Assembly: GCA_963727895.1 (NCBI GenBank)
Contig: CAVSHT010000005.1
Span: 160,001-224,000 of the forward strand
From: an uncultured Methanosarcinaceae archaeon
GTDB lineage: Archaea > Halobacteriota > Methanosarcinia > Methanosarcinales > Methanosarcinaceae
Reading direction: 5' to 3'
Length of the DNA stretch: 64,000 bases
Positions within the stretch are counted from its first letter, which is position 1, and the number at the start of each line of letters is the position of its first letter. The notes below the pieces were generated by a model, which was not told where the DNA came from, did no database searches, and was given only the letters and a program-made list of their open reading frames with translations. This document shows, piece by piece, positions 31,972-42,714 of this stretch. A program made the translations under genes and the position numbers.

Positions 31972-33125
31972 TTAATCAAGTTTTTCAAAGAGATTTGGAT
32001 GCCTTTCTTTTAACTTTATGAATAGTTTTTCATCTAATTTTACATTATAAAGTGTTTTTACATTTGAAAGCTGGTCAATTAATAAATGTTGAGCCCCTTC
32101 CAGATTTGCGCCCTTAAATTTAGCCCCTTGAAGATTAGCATTTCTAAAGTTAACCCTTTGGAGGTCAGCTCCATTAAGGTTAGCCCCTTTAAGGTTAGCT
32201 CTTTGAAAGTTAACACCCTCAAGTTTAGCTTTTATAAGATTAGCTTCTTGAAGGTCAGCTCCCTGTAGATTAGCTCTTTGAAGCTTGGCTCTTATAAGTT
32301 TAGCTTTCACAAGTTTAGCTTTTATAAGTTTAGCTCCTTTGAGTTTTGCCTCTTCAAAGTTAGCTTCCTCACATTTAGCCTCCCTGAAATTTGCTTCTTT
32401 AAGTTTAGCTTTTTCAAGGTTAGCTTTTCTAAGATCAGCTCCTTTAAGGTTAGCCTTTCTAAGATCAGCTTCTTTAAGGTTAGCTTCCTGAAGATTAGCT
32501 TTCTACGTCCTTGATAGCTCCTAGCTGCTCTTTGAAAGTTAGCTTCTTCAAGTTCAGATCCTTGAAGGTTAGCTCCTTGAAGGTTAGCTTTTTCAAGACC
32601 AGATTTTTACCTTGAAGGTTAGCCCCCTGCAGATTAACTTTTTCAAGATCTGCTCCTTGAAGATTTGCCTCTTGAAGATTTGCCTCTTGAAGATTTGCCT
32701 CTTGAAGATCAACTCCACAAAATGTAGCTCCTTGAAGTTTAGCTCTTTCAAGGTTTGCTTCTATAAATTCAGTCCTTTGCAGATTCGTTTCTTGCATATC
32801 AGCATCTTGTAGATTAGCTCCTTGCAGATTAGCTCCTTGCAGATTGTGAGATTGCTTTTTTAAGATTGACCCCTTGAAGGTCAGCTCCCTTAAGATTAGC
32901 TTCTTGAAGTTTAGCCCCCTTAAGATTAGCGTCTTTAAAATTAGCTCCTTGAAGGTCAGTTACCTGAAGATTCGCTTTCTCAAGGTTAGCTCCTTTAAAG
33001 TTAGTACCTTTGAGATTTGAACCCATAAAATTTGCCATTTCAAGATTAGCTTCTATAAAGTCGGTTCCTTCGAGATTAGATCCTCGAAGATCTTTTTTAT
33101 CATTTTCGTCCATAAAATCACTCAT
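31972..33125 (-). pseudogene. Pentapeptide-repeat protein broken by three frameshifts
   Basis: A(N/D)LxG repeats continue across frames. Breaks at about 32845, 32600 and 32500-32525. Confidence 0.85.
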
Positions 33126-33256
33126 TCAAACTTAAATAAACAGAGTTTTGTAATTAACTTGATTTGATAAATTATCCCAGTAAAATATATATAAATTAGC
33201 GCTAATTAACATTAATAATCTCTGATAATACCTTATTCTTACCTCGATTTAATTTA

Positions 33257-33367
33257 GAGCTTATCTCAAACTCATTTTTGCTCTCAATTATCAGGATTAT
33301 TTGGGATTGTAGAAAATAACTCGCAAATTTATATAATTTAAGAAGAAACTTTGTTTTGGATAAGCTC
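33257..33367. mobile_element. IS5-type MITE family F relative
   Basis: GAGCTTATCTCAAAC…GTTTTGGATAAGCTC. Confidence 0.7.
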
Positions 33368-33545
33368 TTACAGCAACTTAAAAATTAAAGCAACAGAGCT
33401 TCATGAATTTAAACATAAATAATAAAAATTTTAAAATTGTTACTTAAAAAAAGAAGTAATGTGCATTGAAAGATTATATCTGCATATATCAGACATTACT
33501 TACTAACATATGCTTTTTTGATTTTATTTGTGTTTTATCTTAAAT

Positions 33546-33884
33546 CTAGTTGGTGATTTGACTCTCAATTTCAGAATAAGTTTTTGCATATTCATCTTGT
33601 AATGCGGTATATTCATTGAGGGCCATTTCAAGTTCCAACCTTATTAACTTACATTTAGCTTTTTTTATTAAAGCTTTATCTATTGCAATTTTGTCAAAAT
33701 TTCCAATCTCAGTAGACAACTTTTTTATTTCTTTCTTTGATAAGAGTTTGTTTTCCTTTGCTTTCTTTATAAGACTTTTTTTATTTCCTTTTGTAGTATT
33801 TGCCTTATCTACGATCTCTTCAAGTTTTTCAATATTTGATTTGAGTACACTGATTTTCTCTGTTATTTTAGTTCCTTCTGTCAT
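33546..33884 (-). CDS. Hypothetical Lys-rich helical protein
   Basis: 112-aa ORF with AAGGGA RBS. Confidence 0.55.
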   Translation of the reverse strand: MTEGTKITEKISVLKSNIEKLEEIVDKANTTKGNKKSLIKKAKENKLLSKKEIKKLSTEIGNFDKIAIDKALIKKAKCKLIRLELEMALNEYTALQDEYAKTYSEIESQITN

Positions 33885-34054
33885 CTTATCCCTTCTAATT
33901 GATATCCTGCTACTTTATCTACACTCTTATTACTAAAAAGTAAAAATAAAACAACATAGTCTAAATATTCATTTGGCAATTAAAAGTCCTTACATTAGTT
34001 GCTCAGTTAAATAAGTGATATTTTTAAATTTACAGATACTCAATTTTCTAAAGC

Positions 34055-34276
34055 TCATTCAACTACAAGCCAAAAGGTAACCCAGCAGAAACTCCACCAA
34101 ATCAAAGTACCTGCTATCCCACAAGTAACTATCTTCCACGCAGATATGTCTGTATTCATTGTTGCAAATGCTATTACTGCCAATGGCAGTACAATCACAA
34201 ATATAATAGCGAAAACCTCTAAGCTATTTCTAACAGTTTTTATTACTGATGTTGTTACACTATCCTTTACCTCCAT
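34055..34276 (-). CDS. Small two-TM membrane protein
   Basis: Two hydrophobic segments; purine-rich upstream sequence. Confidence 0.55.
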   Translation of the reverse strand: MEVKDSVTTSVIKTVRNSLEVFAIIFVIVLPLAVIAFATMNTDISAWKIVTCGIAGTLIWWSFCWVTFWLVVE

Positions 34277-34351
34277 AATACCACTTCCATATGGATTTGT
34301 TGAAATAAAATAAACAGATATTAAAAATTATAACTTTCAATTATTAGATCA

Positions 34352-34870
34352 TTATAATAGAGAAGGGTATCTCATTTTTAGTTGTACTAGGAGTTCTTTG
34401 TCTATTTTTGCATTGCGAAGTGTTTTTACTTTAGACAACTGATCAATTGTTAATTGGTGAATTCCTAGTAGGTTAGCTTCCTCCATATCAGCCATTTTAA
34501 GGTTTGCTCCTTGAAGATTAGATCCTGCAAGGTTTGCCATGAAAAGATAAGCTCCCTCTAAATTAGCTTCTTCTAGCTGGCTCTTTATTAATTCGGCTCC
34601 TTCAAGATGAACGTCTATTAATTTAGCTTCTCTAATTTGAGCTCTAGAGAGAAAAGCTCCTCTCAGATTAGCTTTTATAAGATTAGCTCCCTCTAAATTA
34701 GCCATTTCAAGGTGAGCTTCTTTAAGATTAGCCTCTTCGAGATTAGCTTCTTTAAGATTAGCTCCCATAAGGTCAGCTCTTACAAGATTAGCTTTTTTAA
34801 GTATCTTTTTTTCAAGGTTAGCGTCTCTGAGATTAGCTTCACTTATTTCAACCCCTTGAAGAATTGTCAT
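34352..34870 (-). CDS. Pentapeptide-repeat protein (intact)
   Basis: ANLxxA repeats. The C-terminal cap LTIDQLSKVKTL is shared with the pseudogene at 31972. GGAGGA RBS. Confidence 0.9.
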   Translation of the reverse strand: MTILQGVEISEANLRDANLEKKILKKANLVRADLMGANLKEANLEEANLKEAHLEMANLEGANLIKANLRGAFLSRAQIREAKLIDVHLEGAELIKSQLEEANLEGAYLFMANLAGSNLQGANLKMADMEEANLLGIHQLTIDQLSKVKTLRNAKIDKELLVQLKMRYPSLL

Positions 34871-35595
34871 TTGACAATCTATCCTCCTTTACTCTTATAC
34901 TTAAATAAGCCTATAGTTTATTTTGTCAAATCAAAATTGTGCTGGAGTACCTCGCAGAAAGTTAGCGGGGTATTCAACTAAATAAAAAATTTAATAATAA
35001 GAATGTTTAATATTTTATAATTAATTACAAAATATATGTATATGTTATACTATATAGAGATATTGAATACAGTATGGCTATATACTTGATAGAGCAGCTG
35101 AATTTAAAAAATATTATGAATTTGAAATAAGGATGTGTATATCTAATGCAAAAAATAAAAATTGACTCTCAGAACCCCAAAATTAAACTATTAATCGAGT
35201 TTCGGATCAAGAAATCTTGGTTTTGAAATAATAACCGAGCTGCCAATTAGGGAATTGGTTTTAAACTCTTATGAGTTTGGAAATCAAAACTGGTTTTGGG
35301 AGAAGATCTAACAGGTAATCACTTTTTGAATAGACCCTTAGTTACCATTAGCAATAAATAAATTCAGCCCCAACTCACACACCTAATCAGCACATACTCT
35401 ATTAATATAAGTTTGTTTTTATATAAATTTATTTTTTTACGGATTCCTATCCATTACCAATCTTTATAAGTCTCCACATCCGTATTCTTAAATATGTAGT
35501 TGTAGAACATTCTAAATATAAAAGTGATTTTTAGGTTTTTTTCCTGATTATAAACAAGGGAATCTGAAGCCATGAGCTTCTATTGGGGATGTGGC

Positions 35596-37569
35596 ATGGT
35601 TGAAAAAAAATCGATAGTGAGGGAACTTGGAGAAGAGGAGCTCCTTCTTCCTGAGCTTGTGAACTCTGCTCTCAATGCAAACGACAAAATCAAATATTAC
35701 TTTACTCTCCTGCAAACTGCCAGAGATAAAGCAGAAAATCCACAGCTTGATTTTCCTTCTTTAAGAACCGAAAGGGAAAACGCAGGAGAAGAAGACACAA
35801 AGTTTGACAGGATTATTCCTGAAACCCTGAAAAAAGGGCATGGCACTTACGTTATTCCTTTCGCCGGAAAAATTATCTCCAGATTTTGGATCTGCATGGA
35901 CGAAATGATGAAACCTCTGCTTGCTACAGGCAGAGCTGAAGGAAAGGAATATGAGGCAAGATTAGAAAGATTAAGATCTTCCCTAACCAAAATTGAGGAA
36001 GAGATTTCGGCAAGAGAATCCGGAATTCTGAAAGGAGATTTCATAAGAGATCTAACTTCTGGAGACCGAGAAAAGGGTGACAGCCTCCACATTCTTGTCA
36101 TGGACGTCCACAAAGCCTTAAACAAAATACAGGAGGAGCTTGCGGTTGAAAATCTCAATGGGGCAAAGGTCTATCTGATAGCAGAAGAGGATAGGGAGCT
36201 GATAATTGCCTTCATGTCGGGAGTAAACCGGACTTTTCCCCTGAAATTCGAACACCCAGGGCTTGGGACAACCGCAACCCGTACGGCAGGCAAGCTTGTA
36301 ATCCAGAACGATATAGGAGAGACACAAGCCCATATACTTGTGATCAATGTCAGGGAGCTTGAGGCATCAGTTACCTGTACCGACGTTCATTTGCAAAGGC
36401 TGCTTTTTTTCCAGAGTCTTTTTGAGGAAAAAGTGATGTCTTGGGCAGATACGGTCTCAAAGCCTGCTGGTGAGAAGTTTGAGGACAAACTTTACCACCT
36501 TTCAGTGGGACGCTTCAAGGCAAAGGACAGAGACGAGTTAAAGAGCTTTCTGACTTTTCTAGGTTCTAAAATCGTTTTTTTGATCGACTGGAATCGTGCC
36601 AGGAAAAGCCTCAGGAATTTCATGCGTAATACAGACTGCATAAAAGTTCTCCACTGGGCAGCTGAAAAGGAATATGGACACAGGGCATTCCTGATACTGG
36701 GGGGAGAACAACTTATTTTTGGAGCTCTTGAACTTGCTTACAGAGCACCTCTTCCCTATGGAGAGCAGCTCTATCAGATAATTGGAAGGGAAAGGACAAT
36801 AGAGTATTTCGAGTGGGTCTTGCAGAGGGCGTCAAAGGGGCTGCTTGCGGGAGAACCGCCTCTTCTAATTAAGGATGAGATAAGAGCTGAGCTTCTTAGA
36901 TATTTCCATTCTGCAGAGCAAGATATTATGGAGATCTGCTCAGAACATGCATCTTTGATCGTAGAAACCGCAGGAGTTATCCGAGACTCTTTTTTCTATA
37001 TTACTTACACAGGAGACCCAAACTTTGTCCTCAGGAACTTAAAGAGGGCAAAAGGCTGGGAAAGTCAGGCCGACGAGCTTGTAAACAAGATCCGAACTAT
37101 TTCAAAAAGAATTGAAAATGCGGAATTCTTTGAAAAACTGATCTTTCATATGGATGACGTTATTGACGCCCTTGAAGATGTTGCCTTTTATATCACTCTT
37201 ATCCCTTCAGTCAATATATCCCGGAAGATTCTGGAAAGCCTCGAAAAGATGGCAGGAATAGTCCTCAAAAGCAGCCGAGAGTTTTTGAAAATTGTTTACT
37301 CTTACCAGTGTAGTACTCGGATCTGCACCCTTAATGAAATGCAGGCATTTTTCGGGTCTACAGCGCAGGTCATTAGCCTAGAAAGAGTCTGTGACGAGGC
37401 TTTTAGGGAGGCAAACAGGGTAATAGTTGAAGATAGCACCGATTTTAAAGAAGCCATACTTGCCCGCGATATTTCAAAAAAAATAGAAGAAGCTTCAAAT
37501 TTCCTGATGCTTGCAGCCTTTACAATCCGTGAAAGGGCTTTTGAGGTACACATCTGGGAGGGACATTGA
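35596..37569 (+). CDS. Large uncharacterised protein with C-terminal DUF47/PhoU-like helical domain
   Basis: WESQADELV…MDDVIDALEDVA and SLERVCDEAFR…IEEASN repeats. Uncharacterised N-terminal region with LKFEHPGLGTTATR. ATG 35572 is an alternative start. Confidence 0.7.
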   Translation: MVEKKSIVRELGEEELLLPELVNSALNANDKIKYYFTLLQTARDKAENPQLDFPSLRTERENAGEEDTKFDRIIPETLKKGHGTYVIPFAGKIISRFWICMDEMMKPLLATGRAEGKEYEARLERLRSSLTKIEEEISARESGILKGDFIRDLTSGDREKGDSLHILVMDVHKALNKIQEELAVENLNGAKVYLIAEEDRELIIAFMSGVNRTFPLKFEHPGLGTTATRTAGKLVIQNDIGETQAHILVINVRELEASVTCTDVHLQRLLFFQSLFEEKVMSWADTVSKPAGEKFEDKLYHLSVGRFKAKDRDELKSFLTFLGSKIVFLIDWNRARKSLRNFMRNTDCIKVLHWAAEKEYGHRAFLILGGEQLIFGALELAYRAPLPYGEQLYQIIGRERTIEYFEWVLQRASKGLLAGEPPLLIKDEIRAELLRYFHSAEQDIMEICSEHASLIVETAGVIRDSFFYITYTGDPNFVLRNLKRAKGWESQADELVNKIRTISKRIENAEFFEKLIFHMDDVIDALEDVAFYITLIPSVNISRKILESLEKMAGIVLKSSREFLKIVYSYQCSTRICTLNEMQAFFGSTAQVISLERVCDEAFREANRVIVEDSTDFKEAILARDISKKIEEASNFLMLAAFTIRERAFEVHIWEGH

Positions 37570-37570
37570 A

Positions 37571-39184
37571 GTGCCTGAAAACATTGAGGGAGCTGAAAAA
37601 AAGATAATGGAAGCAAGGATTCTTGAATTCGGAAACGGAAAGGGAGAGTATGCACCCAAGGAAGCCTTTGGGGATAAAGGTTCGATCCTTATAGCTATGT
37701 CTTCCATGGGTATCCCAGTACCCCCTGGTTTTGTCCTGAACGTCTCGGTATGTGAAGATTATTTCAAAAATTCCAGGCAGCTTCCCGAGGATCTTCCTGG
37801 ACTCCTCAGAAAGGGAATTCTGTTCCTAGAAAATGTAACCGGAAATATTTTTGGGGGTTCTCCTCCCCTGATGGTTTCGATCAGATCAGGGGCTGCTGCT
37901 TCCATGCCAGGTTCTATGGAAACTCTCCTGAACGTGGGACTTTCCAGGGATGTAGTAAGGTCTCTCATTGCCAGGACAGGGAATCCCAGTTTCGCCTGGG
38001 ATTCGTATCGGAGACTAATAGAGGGATTTGGGAGAGTAGTTTTTTCCCACGATTCCTCTCTCTATCAGGGCTTGCTGAACTCTTCAATTGAGGATGCTGG
38101 AGTTTTGGAAGAAAAAGAGCTGGATTACATAGAGTTGAGAGAACTTGCAGGGAATTATGAACGGCTTTTCTTTGAAGAAAGCCGGAGACCTTTCCCAGAG
38201 GATATATACGAGCAACTTGAACTTGCTGTCAGAGCAGTGCTTGATTCTTGGATGAGCCCAAGAGCAAAAGAGTATCGGAAAATTCACAACATAAAGGGAA
38301 TCAGAGGCACGGCAGTTACGGTACAAGCCATGGTTTTCGGAAATATGAGCATGAACTCAGGTGCCGGGATCTATTTTACCCGGAGTCCATGGACAGGGGA
38401 AAAACTGCCAGTTATCGATTTTAGGTTCGAAGCTCAGGGAGAGGACGTAGTCTCAGGCTCAAGGGCAGGAACGTCAGGAATTGAGCTTAAAACCGTATTT
38501 CCTGCTGTTTACAGTGAACTTGAAGGCATAGGGGAAAAGCTCGAAATCCATTTTCGGGATATGCAGGATATAGAATTTACCGTTGAAGAGGGAAAACTCT
38601 ACATTCTCCAGAGCCGCAGAGGAAAACGTTCATCTCTGGCAGCCCTGAGAATCGCAGTCGACCTTGAGAAAAAAGGGCTGATTTCCTCAAGCGAGGCTCT
38701 GGAAAAGCTGGAAGGGATAGACCTTAATTCTATTTCAGTGCAGAAAATCAGAACTGACAAACCTCCCCTAGCAAAAGGTGACTCTGCCTCAACCGGAGTC
38801 GCCATAGGGAAGATTGCATTCAGCAGTGAGAACGCAAAAATCTATGCTTCTGAGACTACAAAAGCTGTAATCCTGGTCCGGGAAACTCCTTCACCTGACG
38901 ACATCTCGGGAATCCATGTATCTGCAGGTTTCCTAACCACAAGAGGTGCCAGAACTGCCCATGCAGCCGTTGTAGCCCGCCAGATGGGAAAAGTCTGTAT
39001 TGTCAACTGTCAGGACCTTAAGCTGTATCCTAGAGATCGGAAATGCAGAATAGGGAAAAAGGAATTCCAGGAGGGAGACATAATCAGTCTGGATGGGGCA
39101 AGCGGAGAGATATATGAAGGTGAAGTTGAGGTCATATCCGAAAGACCTGTGAAATTGCTTGAAATCATTCAAGCGTGGAAATAG
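37571..39184 (+). CDS. Truncated PPDK-like protein (ATP-grasp plus phospho-His domain, no PEP/pyruvate barrel)
   Basis: Motifs VPPGF, VSIRSGA, QAMVFGN, AQGEDVVSG, DMQDIEFT and GARTAHAAVVAR; about 537 aa. GTG start follows the upstream TGA with a 1-nt gap. Confidence 0.85.
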   Translation: MPENIEGAEKKIMEARILEFGNGKGEYAPKEAFGDKGSILIAMSSMGIPVPPGFVLNVSVCEDYFKNSRQLPEDLPGLLRKGILFLENVTGNIFGGSPPLMVSIRSGAAASMPGSMETLLNVGLSRDVVRSLIARTGNPSFAWDSYRRLIEGFGRVVFSHDSSLYQGLLNSSIEDAGVLEEKELDYIELRELAGNYERLFFEESRRPFPEDIYEQLELAVRAVLDSWMSPRAKEYRKIHNIKGIRGTAVTVQAMVFGNMSMNSGAGIYFTRSPWTGEKLPVIDFRFEAQGEDVVSGSRAGTSGIELKTVFPAVYSELEGIGEKLEIHFRDMQDIEFTVEEGKLYILQSRRGKRSSLAALRIAVDLEKKGLISSSEALEKLEGIDLNSISVQKIRTDKPPLAKGDSASTGVAIGKIAFSSENAKIYASETTKAVILVRETPSPDDISGIHVSAGFLTTRGARTAHAAVVARQMGKVCIVNCQDLKLYPRDRKCRIGKKEFQEGDIISLDGASGEIYEGEVEVISERPVKLLEIIQAWK

Positions 39185-39233
39185 GAAATATCTACCAGCA
39201 AAAGAGGTAACTATAAGGGAGAGGGAAAAAGCC

Positions 39234-39596
39234 ATGAAACCAGAGATAGATTCAACCAGTTTCGGCTCAATTATAGTAAAAAATAAGCCGTTTGAGCATG
39301 ATATCCTTATACGTATGAGTGGGCAGATAGAAAAACGCAGGAAAAAGCTTTCGAAAAAAATATATGGAACGTCCCATAAAATCTCGCTTGCAGAGGCAAA
39401 ATATATCTATGAAAAGGGAGCAGAGAAAATAATTATCGGCACTGGCCAAACTGGGTATGTTGAACTTTCAAAAAAAGCCAAAAAGTTTTTTGAAGAGAAA
39501 GACTGTAAAACAAAGCTTCTTCCCACTCAAAAAGCAATAAAACTCTGGAACAGAAGCGAAGGAAAGATAATTGCAATGTTTCATGTTACCTGCTGA
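39234..39596 (+). CDS. Mth938/DUF498-like domain protein
   Basis: IDSTSFGSI, IIIGTGQTG and FHVTC C-terminus; GAGAGGGA RBS. Confidence 0.85.
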   Translation: MKPEIDSTSFGSIIVKNKPFEHDILIRMSGQIEKRRKKLSKKIYGTSHKISLAEAKYIYEKGAEKIIIGTGQTGYVELSKKAKKFFEEKDCKTKLLPTQKAIKLWNRSEGKIIAMFHVTC

Positions 39597-39614
39597 AATT
39601 TGATTTTCGACTTA

Positions 39615-39846
39615 GAGCCTATCCGAAAAGTCCTGCTGCTCTGAAAGTTATCCATGCACATGCTAAATGAAGCATAGCAAGGTAATTCTCAATATTTTCC
39701 CATCTTATTAGCAGTCTTCTGAATCTGTTTATCCAAGAATGTGTCCTTTCTACAACCCATCTTCTTGCTCTAAACCCTGGAATCTCTATTCTTATTTTTT
39801 CTTCTCCCCGGCTCTTTATATGGGCAGTATAACCATAATCTTTAAC
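39615..39846 (-). mobile_element. IS5-family transposase 3' remnant
   Basis: Near-identical to 19971-20206; end GAGCCTATCCGAAAAG. Confidence 0.85.
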
Positions 39847-40630
39847 GGTTCCGTTGCAAAAAATCTTAGAATAAGCCTGTAAATCTATGAATAATGAACA
39901 AAAGTTAAAATATTCAAAAAGATATGTCAATATTATAGAACTATTCCAAATAATTGATAATATATTTAGCTTCATTAAAGCCAGAGTAATTTAGATCCTT
40001 TATTTATTTTTTTTTGGCTCAGTTTCAAAAATCTAATTTTTTCAGGATTTCTTTAGATACGAACCTTTTGACTTAAAACGTTCGGATTTTAGATGAAATT
40101 TTGCAGATTTTTCGATCCTATTCTACAAGAATAAACAATAAAAACGAACCTTTTTCTATTATGTTCATATATGCTTGTATATCAATTTTAGGAATAATAT
40201 AAGAAAAGCAAATACTTTTGATCAAAAAGTTGATCTTGTGGCTGCAAGATATAACCTGCAGCCTTGTCTGTCTGTAAGAGGGCTCCACAACTCGATTTTT
40301 CAAGGAAGTGGTTTTTAGAAGCTATGATGAAAATAAGATTTATTGTGGTTATATCAGGATTCAAGTAGTTTTAGAATCGAGTCATTAGAACCTTCTAAAT
40401 ATAGATTTAATTTTAAGATTATATATCTTTTCGATATATTCAATATAGTGAAATTGTCATATATTTATTGAATATACTGAAAGTCCTCAATAAAACCAAT
40501 TTTACAAAATATTCGGGTTCTGGTGCAAAAAATTTCAGAATAAGCATGTAAATATATGGAGAATGAACAAAAGTCAAAATATTTTAAATTTATCAATATT
40601 ACAGAACTATTCCAAATAATTAATTGATTA
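39847..40630. mobile_element. Mosaic of family A MITE pieces (39847, 40516) and dispersed repeats
   Basis: GGTTCCGTTGCAAAA and GGTTCTGGTGCAAAA starts; matches to 17781 onward and 26637 onward. Confidence 0.7.
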
Positions 40631-41281
40631 CTGGTATTTTGATGGCAGTTTTGTAAATCATAATTGACTATGTGTTTCTTACTTTTTTTAGCTCTTAACG
40701 AATGAGTTATCGATAGGAAAAAATTTTTACCCAAAAATGAAATGGGCTTTCTGATATTTAATTTTCATATATGCATGGTATTTTGTATTCCATATTATCT
40801 GGAATGAATCTGAGCTCAAACACATAGCTCTAATTAGCCGATATCGAAAATTTTCTTTGAGTGAACAAAATTGGATAAAATTTGAAGAAAATCCTTAACT
40901 TTTGGACACTTACATTAATCCCAAATTTCTAGTAGTAAGCTCAAAAGGTATGTTTCCATTGTAATATCTTGGCGTAGCCTCCAATATTTAGTGCTATTGG
41001 GCAATAGTCTCTCGAATCCCCCTTCTAAGAATTCCCCATTCTATGAGCCTCTTTTCGATGTCCCTCATTTCGTAATTTGTAAAAGAAAGGCTCTGATAAT
41101 GTTTAATAAAGCAACAATAACATAAAAATATTGTTTTTTTAGATAATATCTGCTTCAAAACTTGAGATTTTACTGAAAATGTTCAGAAAAACGCAACATA
41201 TTGACCAAAATGTTGACTAGACTTTAGGAGATCCACATAAACTCAATTACCGGAGCCAAAACGAATATGATTAAAAAAGGA

Positions 41282-42021
41282 GGTATTGATACTTAAACAT
41301 AGTTATATACTATTAGAAAGTATATTTCTTCATGAACTGCCCCAGATGCAATAGTTCTAATCACAAAAAGAACGGTATAGTTGGTGGTCGTCAACGCTAC
41401 AAATGCCATGATTGTGGATATAACTATACAGTAGAGCTAAAATCAACTGCTTTTTCCGCCTCTGTCAAAAAACAGGCTTTACAACTTTACCTTGAAGGAT
41501 TGGGCTTTCGTTCAATAGGAAGAGTTTTAGGGGTGAATCATGTTTCTGCCCAAAAATGGATCAAGAAATTTGGTCAAGAGTGAGAGAACCTAAAAAGTGA
41601 AAGTGAGATATCTATTGTTGAAATGGATGAAATGCACACTTACATAGGTAACAAAAAAAATATTGCTGGATCTGGATTGCTATTGATAGAATTGGGAAAA
41701 AGTTCATCAATTGCTCTTTTGGCATCAGAGGAACGGAAACTGGAAAACTACTCTGGGAAAAATTGAAGAAAAAAAAGATTGGAGAAGTGATGACAGATCA
41801 CTGGAGAGCATATGCAGAGTTTCTTCCAGAAAAGATCCATACTCAATCCAAAGCAGAAACGTATACTGTTGAAGGATATAACAGCATATTGAAGCATTTT
41901 CTAGCAAGATTGAGACGAAAGACAAAGTGTTATACAAAAAGTCTTGAAATGCTAAAGTACTCGGTTATTCTATTGATGAAATATAGAAATAAAGAGTTAA
42001 CTATATCTAGTTAACAATACC
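41282..42021 (+). mobile_element. IS1-family element, full length but with a nonsense codon
   Basis: IRs GGTATTGATA…TAACAATACC. InsA starts MNCPRC, TGA at 41581, A8 slippery run at 41653-41660, then InsB. No target duplication seen. Confidence 0.92.
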
Positions 42022-42194
42022 CCATTTAATTTTGTAAGTCGTGAGTATGTTCTTATTTTTCCTAATTCGCTGACATATGTAAAGTTGCTTTTACATATAT
42101 GAATTTTATTTTCAAAAACAGGCTGTGCGCGCTGATTCTTTTCAGCGAAATCTATATATTCGTTACCTACAGATATATTAAGAATAGCATTCAT
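42022..42194 (-). pseudogene. Hypothetical gene truncated by IS1
   Basis: AGGTGA RBS before ATG 42194; the frame runs into the IS end. Confidence 0.45.
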
Positions 42195-42287
42195 TTTATA
42201 ATCACCTACTTTCGTTTCGCTTTGCAGGATTCTAGGCTTGGGAAAACTTTTGAATCTTGTGAAGCAGACGATTATAATATTCTTTTT

Positions 42288-42431
42288 TCAAATGTTTAGC
42301 GCCGCTAATATAACGTTTCTTAAGAATGTTGCTTGATCCATGCTAGAATCTTTCAATTTCATGACTTCCAAATAGTCGGGGAAATCTAAAGAAACGCACA
42401 CGACCGCTTTATTATTTCTCACTTGTGGCAT
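42288..42431 (-). CDS. Small CopG/RHH-like protein, 47 aa (not in ORF track)
   Basis: AAGGAGA RBS; MPQVRNNKAVVCVSLDFPDYLEVMKLKDSSMDQATFLRNVILAALNI (beta-alpha-alpha pattern). Confidence 0.55.
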   Translation of the reverse strand: MPQVRNNKAVVCVSLDFPDYLEVMKLKDSSMDQATFLRNVILAALNI

Positions 42432-42714
42432 TATATTTTCTCCTTTTGCGTCAAACTATATTCATATCTTTAACTTTACTTAATTTATTATTTTAGTTAC
42501 TATAATATTATAGTATTGTTTTAGTATTTAAACCTAATTATTAAGTATATAAACACATGCTGTAAACCCCCTTCTAAATAACATTGTAAATTAGTAAACT
42601 TTTTAGCGGCATCTTTGCATAATATATAAAAATGTCGAGGCCCGAAAAATCAGTAACTGTAATATGCTATTTAACATTTTCGAAACAGCGCAGAGTTTTT
42701 GTTGCAAAAAGTGA

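Noticed and set aside
31972..34870. Diversity-generating retroelement template/variable repeat pair
   Set aside because: No reverse transcriptase in the window, and the paralogues are broadly diverged rather than differing only at adenines.
39182..39290. TAG read-through restoring a full PPDK
   Set aside because: Read-through adds only about 34 codons and overlaps the Mth938 gene. No barrel-domain sequence follows.
39847..39975. N-terminal half of track ORF 39619..39975 (also ORFs 40118..40303 and 40465..40734)
   Set aside because: Chance reading frames through MITE and repeat sequence.
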